Of a DNA stretch of 64,000 nt, positions 36,639 through 46,659 are shown piece by piece. The position numbers and the translations under genes were made by a program. This DNA is from an uncultured Collinsella sp. (GTDB lineage Bacteria > Actinomycetota > Coriobacteriia > Coriobacteriales > Coriobacteriaceae), in NCBI GenBank assembly GCA_900541475.1, contig UQJV01000001.1, positions 34,245-98,244 of the forward strand, in the 5' to 3' direction. The notes beneath the pieces are model-generated. The model was not told where the DNA came from, ran no database searches, and worked only from the letters and a program-made list of their open reading frames with translations. The stretch's first letter is position 1, and the number at the start of each line of letters is the position of its first letter.

Positions 36639-38045
36639 ATGCGTCAAAACGGATCTAACTTAAACAGGCGCTCGGGTGCGCGTCCGACGGCGCGCCGCGA
36701 CCTGGGGCAGCTGCCCAGCGGTCAGCGCAAGCGTCACCGTAAGCCCGGCGCGATGTATCTTAACCATAGCCGCGGCTTTAGCGACCGCAGCGCTCGCATC
36801 GGCAACAGCCGCACGCCCCGTCGTTCGTCTCGCCTGCCCTATGCGCTTATTGCCGTGGGTTGTGCGCTCGTGTTGTTTATCGCTGCCGTCGTGGGCTACG
36901 TCAACCGCAGCGTGGATGTCGTCCTCAATGGCCAGGAGACTGCGGTGCGCGTCGGCTCTACGCTGCAAAATCTCATCGACGACCAGGAGCTGGCCGATAC
37001 CTACGATGCCGGGGACCTGCTGGCTGTTGACGACAGCGTGCTGACCCGCCATGGCGGCGAAAAGCTGTCGGTAAAGGTGGACGGCAAGCGCATAAAACAG
37101 GGCAAGTGGAAAAGCCGCGAGCTTACGGGCGGCGAGAAGGTGACGGTCAAGGACGGCCGCGACACGTATGAGAAGCACGAGGTCCAGGCGACGGTTATCG
37201 AGCCCAAGCTCAAGGTCGAGGGCACGGGTGCCATCGAATACGTTAAGACGTGGGGTATCCAGGGTCGCTCTGAGGTGTGGATCGGCGAGCAATCTGGCAA
37301 GACGCAGGACCGTGGCGAGGTCGTGCCCGCCACCGATTGCGTGGTCGAGTGCGCGAGCGTGGCGCCCAAGGGCAACGAAAAGTACGTGGCGCTGACGTTT
37401 GATGAGGGCCCGAGCGGCGCGACCAAGCAGATCTTGCAGGTGCTCAAGGAAAAGGGCGTCACCGCGACGTTCTTCCTGTCGGGCGATGCGGCCGAGGCCT
37501 CGCCCGCCACGGCCAAGGCGATTGTCGATGCCGGCTGCGAGGTCGGCTCCAACAGTTACCGTGACGAATCGCTCAAGGGCCAGGACCGCGATGCGGTGCG
37601 CGAGCAGGTTTCGAAGGGCACCGAGGCGATCAAGTCCGCGACCGGAACGTCGACGATGCTTCTGCGTGCTCCCTACGCAGCCTTTGACGAGCAAAACTGG
37701 ATTGATGCGATGGACCTGGTGTCTGCCGTGGTCTCGTGGAATATCGATTCGGGCGACTGGCTGCTCAACGGTGCCGACGAGCAAGTCTCGACGGTGCTCG
37801 ATTCGGTGACGCCAGGCAACATTGTGCTGCTGACCGATAACGATAAGTGCGCCGAGCAGACGCTCGAGGCGTTGCCGCAGATTATCGATGGGCTTATTGC
37901 CGACGGCTACAAAATCGTGACGTTGAGCGATCTGGTTAAGACGGACGCATCGCTGAGCAAAAAGCTCACCTCGCTGACGAAGGTCGCCATGCCCAAAAAC
38001 GCCGTGTTCCCCCAGCTCGTCGAAGATGACGACACCACAGACTAG
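36639..38045 (+). CDS. polysaccharide deacetylase (NodB homology) with N-terminal TM and beta-rich extracellular domains; true start possibly at MYLNHS (~36753)
   Basis: VALTFDEGP (TFDDGP motif), downstream His motifs. Confidence 0.8.
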   Translation: MRQNGSNLNRRSGARPTARRDLGQLPSGQRKRHRKPGAMYLNHSRGFSDRSARIGNSRTPRRSSRLPYALIAVGCALVLFIAAVVGYVNRSVDVVLNGQETAVRVGSTLQNLIDDQELADTYDAGDLLAVDDSVLTRHGGEKLSVKVDGKRIKQGKWKSRELTGGEKVTVKDGRDTYEKHEVQATVIEPKLKVEGTGAIEYVKTWGIQGRSEVWIGEQSGKTQDRGEVVPATDCVVECASVAPKGNEKYVALTFDEGPSGATKQILQVLKEKGVTATFFLSGDAAEASPATAKAIVDAGCEVGSNSYRDESLKGQDRDAVREQVSKGTEAIKSATGTSTMLLRAPYAAFDEQNWIDAMDLVSAVVSWNIDSGDWLLNGADEQVSTVLDSVTPGNIVLLTDNDKCAEQTLEALPQIIDGLIADGYKIVTLSDLVKTDASLSKKLTSLTKVAMPKNAVFPQLVEDDDTTD

Positions 38046-38071
38046 TCATTTAAGAACGTTCCCAATGACTA
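38041..38071. repeat. REP-like palindrome ACTAGTCATTTAAGAACGTTCCCAATGACTA
   Basis: Third locus of the family. Confidence 0.75.
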
Positions 38072-38365
38072 TGTCACGGATGCGTCAGCGTTTGGTATGC
38101 CTGTGATGTTTGGAGCATAAATATGGCGCCACAGCGCGATGCTGATGCTATAGTTACTGCGGATAACAAGGGTCAAGAGAAAGGTTGCAGGTGAAATCCA
38201 AACCTCGACCATACAGTCGATGACCCCTTGCAGGTGCTTCTTGCGCATGCACGGGGTGTGAGCGCCGAGCGGCGTGCCGCCCGCGCATGCGTATACATAT
38301 CTAAAAGTCCACGGATGGCGTGCCGGTATGGCCGCAGTCCGAAGGAATAATGATGGGGAGCACCA

Positions 38366-40210
38366 GTGAATTATCTGAGTGAGATGCTCAAACTGCCGGT
38401 CTTGGACGTCGATGGCGAAAAGCTCGGCGTTGTGAACGATTTTGGCATTGCTACCGGCGAAGTTTTTCCGCACGTGACATCGCTCGCGTTCCGCGGACCC
38501 GGTAAGACGCCGTTTATGATCAGCTGGCGCAAATGGGTCGACCGTATCGACGAGACTGGTGTGCACCTTAAGTCGCCGGCCACCGAAATCCGTTTTTCGT
38601 ACCTGCAGCCGACCGAACTCTTGCTCGCGCGCGACGTGCTCAACAAACAGATTGTCGACACGCAGGGCATGAAGGTCGTGCGCGTAAACGACATCAAGTT
38701 TTCCATGTCGGGCGAAAATCAGCTGCGCCTGCTGGGTGCCGAAGTTGGCGCCCGCGGTCTGCTGCGCGCGATCAGCCCCACACTCGAGCATGTCGTCGAG
38801 GGCTTTATGAAGCACCTGGGCAAACCGCTCGGCGAGGATATCATCGCCTGGTCCTACATGGACCTGCTCGATCGTTCGACTAAAAACATCCAGCTTTCGG
38901 TGTCGCACAAGACGCTTGGAGAGCTGCACCCTGCCGACATTGCCGACATTATCGAACAGCTCGACCCGCGCCTGCGTGCGCAGGTGTTCGCGCAACTCGA
39001 TACCGCCCAGGCCGCCGAGGCCATCTCGGAGTTCGATGACGACGAGCTTATGACCGAGATGCTCGAGGGCCTGTCCGACACGGACGCATCGTCGATGCTG
39101 GCCATGATGGACCCGGACGACGCCGCCGACCTGATCGACGAGCTCGATTACGAGAAGGCCGAGAAGCTTTTGCGCCTGATGGGCGTTCAGGAGGAGAAGG
39201 CGATTCGTAACCTGCTGGGCTATGAGGACAACACCGCCGGCCGTATCATGACCTCGGAGTTTGTCTCCCTGCCCGCTACGGCGACGGTCGGTGACGCCAT
39301 CGAGGCGATTCGCAAGCTCGACGAGGACTTCGAGAGCGTCTACTACGTCTATACCGAGGACCCGAGCGGCATGCTCACCGGCGTGCTTTCGCTGCGCACG
39401 CTCATCGTGGCCGACCGCGACGCCACGCTGGGCCAGCTGGCCTATCGCGACCTGGTTTATGTATCGCCCGACGATGACCAGGAAGACGTAACGGACGAGA
39501 TGACCAAGTACGACTTGGTCGCCATCCCCGTTTGCGACGAGAATCGTCACATCTTGGGTATCGTGACCTTTGACGACGCCATGGACGTTATCGCCGAGGA
39601 GCACCAGGAGGACCTGCAGATCGCAGGCGTCGGCTCGGGCGATAGCGCGTCTGACGATTCGACGAATGTGCTCAGCTGGTTTGTGCATCGCCAGTACTGG
39701 GTTGTAGTATGGGGCATTGCCTCGTGCATCATGGCAACAGTGCTGGGGACGGCGCTTGGCTCTGCGCATCTGGTGGTGTTCCCCATGTGCGCCATGCCGC
39801 TCGTGCTGCTGGCTGCCTCGCGTATGGTGTCGTTCGTCAAGAACTACTTCTTGGAATACGACGGCCATGACGATGAGCCCAAGCCGTATCTGGGATTTTT
39901 CTTCCAGAGTACGGGCATGGGCTTGATTCTGTCGCTCGTGACCTACCTGTGTGCCCAGCTGGTGCGCACCGCCGCGTTCCTCGACGCGCCTATGTTTGAG
40001 GAGCAACTCTTTACCGGCTGCTTTAACATCGCGGCCATCGTCTGCCTGATTGGCAACATGAGTGCCGTGATTTACCTGATGGTGCTGTTCTGGCGTGACG
40101 AGCACGACCTCAATACGTCGGGCACCGCCATGAACGTCATTGCCGTCATGATCTCGTGTGTGGCGTACTGCATCGCCGCGGTGCTGCTCACCATGTCAGT
40201 CATGGGTTAG
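38366..40210 (+). CDS. mgtE: MgtE-family Mg2+ transporter with extra N-terminal PRC-barrel domain
   Basis: PRC-like N-term, MgtE_N acidic helix region, CBS pair, C-terminal TM domain. Confidence 0.75.
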   Translation: MNYLSEMLKLPVLDVDGEKLGVVNDFGIATGEVFPHVTSLAFRGPGKTPFMISWRKWVDRIDETGVHLKSPATEIRFSYLQPTELLLARDVLNKQIVDTQGMKVVRVNDIKFSMSGENQLRLLGAEVGARGLLRAISPTLEHVVEGFMKHLGKPLGEDIIAWSYMDLLDRSTKNIQLSVSHKTLGELHPADIADIIEQLDPRLRAQVFAQLDTAQAAEAISEFDDDELMTEMLEGLSDTDASSMLAMMDPDDAADLIDELDYEKAEKLLRLMGVQEEKAIRNLLGYEDNTAGRIMTSEFVSLPATATVGDAIEAIRKLDEDFESVYYVYTEDPSGMLTGVLSLRTLIVADRDATLGQLAYRDLVYVSPDDDQEDVTDEMTKYDLVAIPVCDENRHILGIVTFDDAMDVIAEEHQEDLQIAGVGSGDSASDDSTNVLSWFVHRQYWVVVWGIASCIMATVLGTALGSAHLVVFPMCAMPLVLLAASRMVSFVKNYFLEYDGHDDEPKPYLGFFFQSTGMGLILSLVTYLCAQLVRTAAFLDAPMFEEQLFTGCFNIAAIVCLIGNMSAVIYLMVLFWRDEHDLNTSGTAMNVIAVMISCVAYCIAAVLLTMSVMG

Positions 40211-40218
40211 GTGGTCGC

Positions 40219-41481
40219 GTGCAAAACACGAAGCAAAAGGCGAGCACCAAGCAAAAGCTGACCATCGCGGCCATCTTTGGCGCCATGGGCCCTGGCCTTC
40301 TGGCGGCGCTTTCGGGCAATGACGCCGGCGGCATCGCCACGTATTCCAGCGCTGGTGCCAGCTATGGCTACAAGATGCTGTGGATGCTTCCCGTCATGAC
40401 CGTGCTGCTCATCGTGACGCAAGAGACCGCGGCGCGTTGCGGCTGCGTGACGGGCAAGGGCCTGGCCTCGCTCATCCGCGAGCGCTTTGGCGTGCGTAGG
40501 AGCGTGTTGGCCATGGCGGCGCTGCTGATCGCCAACACAGCCGTTACTATCTCGGAGTTTGCGGGTATCGCGAGCGGCCTTGCCCTCTTTGGCGTGCCGG
40601 CGAGCATCTCGGTGCCGCTGGTGGCACTGCTGGTTTGGATGCTTACCATGTCGGGCAGCTTCCAGCGCATCGAGAAGATTCTGCTCCTGGTGAGCTGCGT
40701 GTTTGTGACCTACATTGTCGCTGCATTTATGGCTGGTCCCAGCTGGGGCGAGGTGGCAGTTGACCTGGTTGTGCCCAACATCCAAAACGACCCCAGCTAC
40801 GTGTCGCTTGTGGTCGCAACGATCGGTACCACCATCGCGCCGTGGATGATTTTCTTGGCGCAGAACAACGTGGTCGATAAGAATGCGGGCGAGGACGATA
40901 TCGTGCTGCAGCGCATCGATACCGTGAGCGGCTCGATCGCTGCTGATATCATTGCGGGCTTCATTATCATCACGACCGGTACGGTATTGTTCCCCGCGGG
41001 CATTCAGATTAGCGACGCTGCCGATGCCGCCCGCGCGTTGGAGCCTATCGCGGGCCAGTGGTCCACGGTGCTGTTTGCCTCGGGCCTGGTCGCGGCGAGC
41101 TTCTTGGCCGCCTGTGTGCTGCCGGGCGTTACGTCCAGCGCCATCTGCGAGGCATTTGGCTGGGAGCGCGGTGCCGATCGCAGCTGGGACGAGGCACCGG
41201 TCTACCGTGGCATCATTACGGCCATCATTGGCATCTCTGCCGTGCTGGTGCTTATGCCCGGTGTTGACCTGTTCCAGATTATGATGACCTCGCAGGTCAT
41301 CAACGGCGTGCTGCTGCCCGTGGTTTTGGTGTTCCAAGTGGTTATCGCCGCCGATCGTCACATTATGGGTGCCAACCGCAACGGACGCGTGTGGAACGTG
41401 CTCACGTGGGCGACTATCGGTGTGATTACGGTGCTGACGGTCGTCATGTTTGTTCTGCAGGCGATGGGCTACAGCGCGTAG
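40219..41481 (+). CDS. mntH: NRAMP-family divalent metal (Mn2+/Fe2+) transporter; GTG start right after mgtE stop, RBS AGGTGG
   Basis: GPGLLAALSGNDAGGIATYSSAGASYGYKMLWMLP resembles Nramp TM1 DPGN region; 11-12 TM. Confidence 0.8.
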   Translation: MQNTKQKASTKQKLTIAAIFGAMGPGLLAALSGNDAGGIATYSSAGASYGYKMLWMLPVMTVLLIVTQETAARCGCVTGKGLASLIRERFGVRRSVLAMAALLIANTAVTISEFAGIASGLALFGVPASISVPLVALLVWMLTMSGSFQRIEKILLLVSCVFVTYIVAAFMAGPSWGEVAVDLVVPNIQNDPSYVSLVVATIGTTIAPWMIFLAQNNVVDKNAGEDDIVLQRIDTVSGSIAADIIAGFIIITTGTVLFPAGIQISDAADAARALEPIAGQWSTVLFASGLVAASFLAACVLPGVTSSAICEAFGWERGADRSWDEAPVYRGIITAIIGISAVLVLMPGVDLFQIMMTSQVINGVLLPVVLVFQVVIAADRHIMGANRNGRVWNVLTWATIGVITVLTVVMFVLQAMGYSA

Positions 41482-41566
41482 CGTCTCTTTTGGGTTTCGA
41501 GCGGGCCGTGGCCATGGGCTGCGGCCTGTTTTTTGCCTGTTGTAGGGGGTCGGTTATATATGTGTG

Positions 41567-41792
41567 GGCAAAAAATGCCAAATATGAGTACTGTTGTTAA
41601 TCCAGTGGCAATTAAGACAAAGAAGATAATGAACATAACTAAAGTATCTGCTCATTAATATCGATACAGCCAGGTTTTAAACCGATCATTCTGTTCGGTC
41701 CAAAGGGGTATGGCGACCGAAAGAACGCCATTTTGGGCAATTTTGCCTGTTACTAAAATGGTATCAGTACTCATATTTGGCATTTTTTGCCC
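41567..41792. repeat. 226-bp mini-element: perfect 28-bp terminal inverted repeats (GGGCAAAAAATGCCAAATATGAGTACTG) enclosing an AT-rich core
   Basis: Seen directly; core much lower GC than surroundings. Confidence 0.7.
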
Positions 41793-41966
41793 ACGGCCCC
41801 TTTGGGGCCGGCTCGAAAAGAGCAACCTTGGGGTGTTTGCTGCGGGTGCGGGGCTTGCAGACGACACTCGGGGTGGCGAGGAACTCAGAATTCGGCCGCG
41901 GAAGGGCATTCATCGACCGCGTCAGGAGTGTCCCTAAGTGCCGGCACATATGGAACGTCCCTAACT

Positions 41967-42006
41967 GCCGGAGGGGGCGTCGGTTGTGGCCGACGCCCCC
42001 TCCGGG
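41967..42006. terminator. strong GC hairpin (likely terminator of minus-strand acyltransferase gene)
   Basis: CCGGAGGGGGCGTCGG..CCGACGCCCCCTCCGG. Confidence 0.55.
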
Positions 42007-42028
42007 TGCAAGCGGATTTGACAGTGTG

Positions 42029-44245
42029 TTACTTGTCGGTGCCTAGCTTGTGCGGTTTGTAGGCGAGCGCGTTGACGAGTGCGTCGGCGGCGGACTTGAC
42101 GGCCGTCGGCTGCGGATCGTTAACGTGGTCCTCGGGATGCACGGGCAGGTCCTTCTTGACGGCATCGTGGATGAGCTTAAGGTACTCGGCCACGCCCGCG
42201 TTCGAAAGGTGCGTGCCGTCGCCGTCGAACAGATCGTTGCGGTTGGCACTATATCCGTACCAGTCGATAACGCGCACGTTTTTATAGCGCGTGGCGGCGT
42301 TGGCGATGGCCTGATTGGTGGCGCCGACCCATGGCTGCGGGCTGCGCGTGTTTACAAATACGACGGTGCGCTGATTGCCGGCATCGGCCATGATGGCGTC
42401 AATCTGGGCATCGGTCACCAGGCCGTTGGTGCCCAGCGCAAAGACTACGATCTTGCCGGCGAGGTTCTGCTGGATATAACCCTCAAATGTTGTGCGGCCC
42501 GCATCGAACTGGCGGCCCTTTTCGGCATCGATGTGACTGTGGGGGAACACGCCGTCAAAGGAATCGACGGCGCGCAGCGACACGGAGTCGCCGATCATCA
42601 GCAGGTCGTAGGATCCGTCGGGGAAGCCGTCGTTGTCCTTGTCGGTGTCATCGGCCGCCTGCTGGTCCTGGGGTTTTGCATTTTTGGCTTCCTTGTTTAG
42701 GATTTCGGCGCCCTCGCCGCTCAGCGCGGATGTGTCGGGCACAAAGACCAGACCACCCAGCGCCACGACAAGCACGACGCCGCAAACGGCGCACACGGGA
42801 ATATGCGCGCGCACCCAGTTTGCGGGCGTGGTGGTGCCTTCGCGGAGCTCGGAAACGGTGCGTCCAAAGGCGCCCTTCCTAAACGGCGTCTCGATAAAGC
42901 GATAGGAGCACTCGGCTACGGCGACCACCACAAGTACCTGCAAGATGTACTGCCACCAGGGCGTATCGCTGATGTTGGCGACCGGGTTCATGAGCAGCAG
43001 CAGTGGATAGTGCCACAGGTAGATGCTGTACGAGCGCTTGCCAACCCACACGAGCGGCTCGGCGGACAGCGCGCGGGCAACCATTCCCTGGGGCTGCACG
43101 CAGGCTGCGATGACCATGAGCGTGAGGATGGAGCATAACAGCGTGCCGCCGCGATACTGGAACGCGGTGTAGCCGTTGGTGAGTGCGACCATGGCGGCAA
43201 GGCCAACCAGACCCACGACGCCCAAGACATCGATGGATGCGGGCGAGGACCAAAAGCGCACGAGGGCGCTCGGCTGTGCCAGGGCGGTATCGGCTGATTC
43301 GTCGGCCTTCTTGTCAGGCTTGTCCTCGGCTTTCTTGCCGTGCTTGGCGGCGCCAGCCAGGCGATTGAGCCCCAAACGATGAGCGAGACGCACCGGCGCC
43401 AGGTCGCGAACGGGGATAAAGGCCATCCAGGCACCCAGTAGCAGCGAGAACACGCGGGTGTCGGTGCCGTAGTACACGCGGCTGGGGTCGGCGGCGGGAT
43501 TGTAGAGCACCATCATGGCGAGGGCAGATACCGCGGCAAGGCCCAGAACCACGCGGCGCGTGTTGGGCTTGCTCACATGCATGGATACCATGGCAAACAG
43601 CAATGGCGGCCAAATCAGGTAGAACTGTTCCTCGATGGCGAGCGACCAAAAGTGCGTGAGCGGCGAGGGGTCGCCCAGAGCATTGAAGTACGAGACGTTT
43701 TGGGCAATCTGCCACCAGTTATTAAAAAACAGCAGCGACGGCAGGATGTCGGGGCGCATCTTGGTGAGCATCACATGGTTAAAGATGGTGCACAGCGCGC
43801 AGGTCACCACCACAACGGTTACCACGGCGGGGAACAGGCGACGGATGCGGCGAATCCAGAAGCTCTTGAGGTCGATGCGGCCGGTCTTTGACACTTCGTT
43901 GATGAGCAGGCGCGTGATCAGATAGCCCGAGAGCACAAAGAAAATCGTGACGCCAAGCAGGCCGCCCTGTGCCCATGTGAGGTTGAGGTGATAGAGCACT
44001 ACCGCGACGACGGCGAGCGTGCGCAGGCCGTCGAGGGCGGGGATATATCGAGATTTGGGGCGCGTGGGCGCCTGTTCTTTTGCGGCGCTGTTGGTGTGGG
44101 CACCCTTGTTGGCGGGCGCACGATGAGAGCCTGCGGCGTGGCGCGGCTCGGTGGCTTGTCGGTTAGCGCGCGAACGTTCGTGCGGCGCTTGTTGATCGCT
44201 CGCGTGGCGTGAGCTGCGCGAACTCGATCGCGGGAATTGTTCCAT
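42029..44245 (-). CDS. acyltransferase-3 (OafA/YrhL) membrane domain fused to SGNH hydrolase domain (OatA-like O-acetyltransferase)
   Basis: N-terminal LDGLRTLAVVAVVLYH...FFVLSGYLIT motif; 738 aa with C-terminal extracytoplasmic SGNH-like domain. Confidence 0.8.
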   Translation of the reverse strand: MEQFPRSSSRSSRHASDQQAPHERSRANRQATEPRHAAGSHRAPANKGAHTNSAAKEQAPTRPKSRYIPALDGLRTLAVVAVVLYHLNLTWAQGGLLGVTIFFVLSGYLITRLLINEVSKTGRIDLKSFWIRRIRRLFPAVVTVVVVTCALCTIFNHVMLTKMRPDILPSLLFFNNWWQIAQNVSYFNALGDPSPLTHFWSLAIEEQFYLIWPPLLFAMVSMHVSKPNTRRVVLGLAAVSALAMMVLYNPAADPSRVYYGTDTRVFSLLLGAWMAFIPVRDLAPVRLAHRLGLNRLAGAAKHGKKAEDKPDKKADESADTALAQPSALVRFWSSPASIDVLGVVGLVGLAAMVALTNGYTAFQYRGGTLLCSILTLMVIAACVQPQGMVARALSAEPLVWVGKRSYSIYLWHYPLLLLMNPVANISDTPWWQYILQVLVVVAVAECSYRFIETPFRKGAFGRTVSELREGTTTPANWVRAHIPVCAVCGVVLVVALGGLVFVPDTSALSGEGAEILNKEAKNAKPQDQQAADDTDKDNDGFPDGSYDLLMIGDSVSLRAVDSFDGVFPHSHIDAEKGRQFDAGRTTFEGYIQQNLAGKIVVFALGTNGLVTDAQIDAIMADAGNQRTVVFVNTRSPQPWVGATNQAIANAATRYKNVRVIDWYGYSANRNDLFDGDGTHLSNAGVAEYLKLIHDAVKKDLPVHPEDHVNDPQPTAVKSAADALVNALAYKPHKLGTDK

Positions 44246-44431
44246 AAAACATCATCCAATGACGAGAATAATCAGCACGTCTTCATTGTAACCGCCTGCT
44301 CCTGTGAATGCTTGCTGCCGGCGCAAGCTCAAGCGCGCGTCCACATCAAAGTGAACTAAAGTTATAGAGGCGCGAGAGCGCACGATTGACGGCCAACGGC
44401 GGGTGCAGAGCCCGCGGACGAGGAGGTTTCC

Positions 44432-45394
44432 ATGGCAGATAGCGGCATCGTTGCGGTGTTCGGCAGCATGAACATGGACCTTTCGGTGGCGTGCGAGCGC
44501 ATGCCGCGTGCGGGCGAGACCGTTGGCGGCAGCGGGTTTATCACCAACGCCGGTGGCAAGGGCGCCAACCAGGCTGTGGCCGCTGCGCGCATGGGTGCGC
44601 GTACGTGCATGATCGGTGCGGTCGGGCGTGATGCGTTTGGCGACGCGCTCGTGACGGGGCTTCGGGATGCCGGCGTGGACTGCGACTTTGCGACGCGTCG
44701 CGACGACGTGGAGACCGGTACGGCGACCATCATCCGCTGCGGGGGCGACAACCGCATCGTGCTGTCGCCGGGCGCCAACCATGCGCTTGCGGGCGAGGAC
44801 GTTGCCCACGCGCTGCGAAGCCTGGTGGCCGATGAGCTCGATGTCGACGCCGGCGAGATAGCCCCGGCTGCCGGAAGCGTCTTTATCGCCCAGGGCGAAT
44901 GTGACCTTGCGGCGACGGCCGAGGCGCTTGTTTGCGCGCACGAGCTGGGGTTCTATACGGTCTTTAACCCGGCGCCGGCTTGCGATGTGCCGGCAGAGGT
45001 GTGGCCGGCGGTCGATCTGGTCTGCCCCAACGAGACCGAGTGCCAGGCGCTGACGAGTGTCCTGCCTACAGACGACGCAAGCTGTGCGGCCGCTCTCGAG
45101 GCGCTGCTCGCCAAGGGTGCCTCAGCCGCGGTCATCACGCTGGGCGGCGCCGGTTCGGTTACGCTCGGCGATGATGGCGAGCCGCTGCGCATGCCGGCGC
45201 TTTCGAGCACGGTAGTCGACACGACGGCCGCGGGTGATACGTTTATCGGCGCGCTTGCAGCGGCCCGCCTGGAGGGCTTGCCGCTCTTTGAGTGCATGGC
45301 CGCAGGTGCCCGTGCCTCGGCGGTGACGGTGTCGCGTTTGGGCGCGCAGCAGTCGATTCCCACGCGCGCCGAAGTTGAACATTGGTTTGGTTAA
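44432..45394 (+). CDS. rbsK: ribokinase (PfkB family)
   Basis: GGKGANQAVAAARMG and DTTAAGDTFIGALAAA PfkB signatures. Confidence 0.85.
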   Translation: MADSGIVAVFGSMNMDLSVACERMPRAGETVGGSGFITNAGGKGANQAVAAARMGARTCMIGAVGRDAFGDALVTGLRDAGVDCDFATRRDDVETGTATIIRCGGDNRIVLSPGANHALAGEDVAHALRSLVADELDVDAGEIAPAAGSVFIAQGECDLAATAEALVCAHELGFYTVFNPAPACDVPAEVWPAVDLVCPNETECQALTSVLPTDDASCAAALEALLAKGASAAVITLGGAGSVTLGDDGEPLRMPALSSTVVDTTAAGDTFIGALAAARLEGLPLFECMAAGARASAVTVSRLGAQQSIPTRAEVEHWFG

Positions 45395-45424
45395 ACGATT
45401 GAGACGGAGAAGCGGAGTAGAACA

Positions 45425-46399
45425 ATGGCAACCAAGAAGCTGATCCTTGATCTGGATATGGGCGTGGACGATGCGATGGCGCTCGCCTATGCCATCGCGA
45501 GCCCCGAAGTGGAGCTCGTCGGTATTACCACGTGCTTTGGCAACGTGCGCGTCGAGCAGTCGGCGCATAACTGCCTGGCGGTGCTCGACTTGTTGGGTCG
45601 TCCCGAGGTGCCGGTGTACCTGGGCGCCGATCGTCCCGTGAAGGCGACCGAACCCTACACGCCGCCGGCGTCCACCACGCTTATCCACGGCAAGAACGGC
45701 ATCGGCGGCGCAAGCGTGCCCGCCTCGCCGTACGAGCCGGTGGGCGCGACGTCGGCCGATGGCAATGCGGCGGTCGATTACCTGATTGATGCCGCGCGTA
45801 CCTATGGTCCCGACTTGGTCTATGTGGCGACCGGTCCGTTCTCCAACCTGGCGCTCGCCCTTGAGCGCGACGCGGCGGCGATGATGTCTATCGGCCGCGT
45901 GGTGGTGATGGGTGGCGCCCTGACCGTGCCCGGCAACGTGAGCGCCGGTGCCGAGGCCAACATGGCGAGCGACCCCGAGGCCGCTGACGCCGTGCTGCGC
46001 TCGGGCCGCAAACTCACCATGGTTGGTCTTGACGTGACGCATCGCGTGGTGCTGACGCGCCGCGACATTGCCGGTTGGACGGGCTCGGGCACCATGGCGG
46101 GCTGCGCATTTGCGAGTATGGTCGAGCACTACATTGGCTCGTACGAGATGAACGCACCCTACCTGGGTGGTTGTGCGCTGCACGATCCGTTGGCCGTTGC
46201 CGTGGCGATCGACCCCACGCTCGTAGGTGCACTCGGCTGCAATCTGCGTGTTGATCTGCTGGGCGAGTATCGCGGTCGCACCATTTGCGATGAGCACCGC
46301 CTGTCCGATCCGGACAAGAGTGCGCTTGTGGCGCTGACCGTGGATGTCCCGCGCTTCCTGTCCGAGTTCAAGACACGTATGGCCCTCGTTCTGGGCTGA
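45425..46399 (+). CDS. inosine-uridine-preferring nucleoside hydrolase
   Basis: LILDLDMGVDDAMALAYA (DxDxxxDD motif). Confidence 0.85.
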   Translation: MATKKLILDLDMGVDDAMALAYAIASPEVELVGITTCFGNVRVEQSAHNCLAVLDLLGRPEVPVYLGADRPVKATEPYTPPASTTLIHGKNGIGGASVPASPYEPVGATSADGNAAVDYLIDAARTYGPDLVYVATGPFSNLALALERDAAAMMSIGRVVVMGGALTVPGNVSAGAEANMASDPEAADAVLRSGRKLTMVGLDVTHRVVLTRRDIAGWTGSGTMAGCAFASMVEHYIGSYEMNAPYLGGCALHDPLAVAVAIDPTLVGALGCNLRVDLLGEYRGRTICDEHRLSDPDKSALVALTVDVPRFLSEFKTRMALVLG

Positions 46400-46526
46400 T
46401 CCGCAAGATTGAGACGGCCTCCCAATCGTTTCAACGCTTCCAAAACCGTTCACGGACGATATGCTACCGTTGGTCGGCTGTGGACGGTGCTCCCCGCGAA
46501 GATATGGGCTATCATTCTTTGCTGCG

Positions 46527-46636
46527 CGGATTGTTACTTCTAGGGAGGCATGCCCGCGCCTCGATACAACGGATTGTTACTGGTAAGGCATGACCGCGAT
46601 AGCTCGGCTATTTGCAGTCATGCCTTTTCTTTTTGA
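46527..46636 (+). promoter_or_regulatory. RAT (ribonucleic antiterminator)-like elements (GGATTGTTAC at 46527 and 46571) overlapping an intrinsic terminator (46585-46636)
   Basis: GGATTGTTACTGGTAAGGCATGACC matches BglG/LicT RAT consensus; hairpin AAGGCATGAC..GTCATGCCTT + TTTCTTTTT. Confidence 0.75.
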
Positions 46637-46659
46637 TAATTCCGAAAGGAGGTTCAATA

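Noticed and set aside
38046-38365. M-box riboswitch upstream of mgtE
   Set aside because: Could not find the conserved M-box core by eye; left as untested rather than called.
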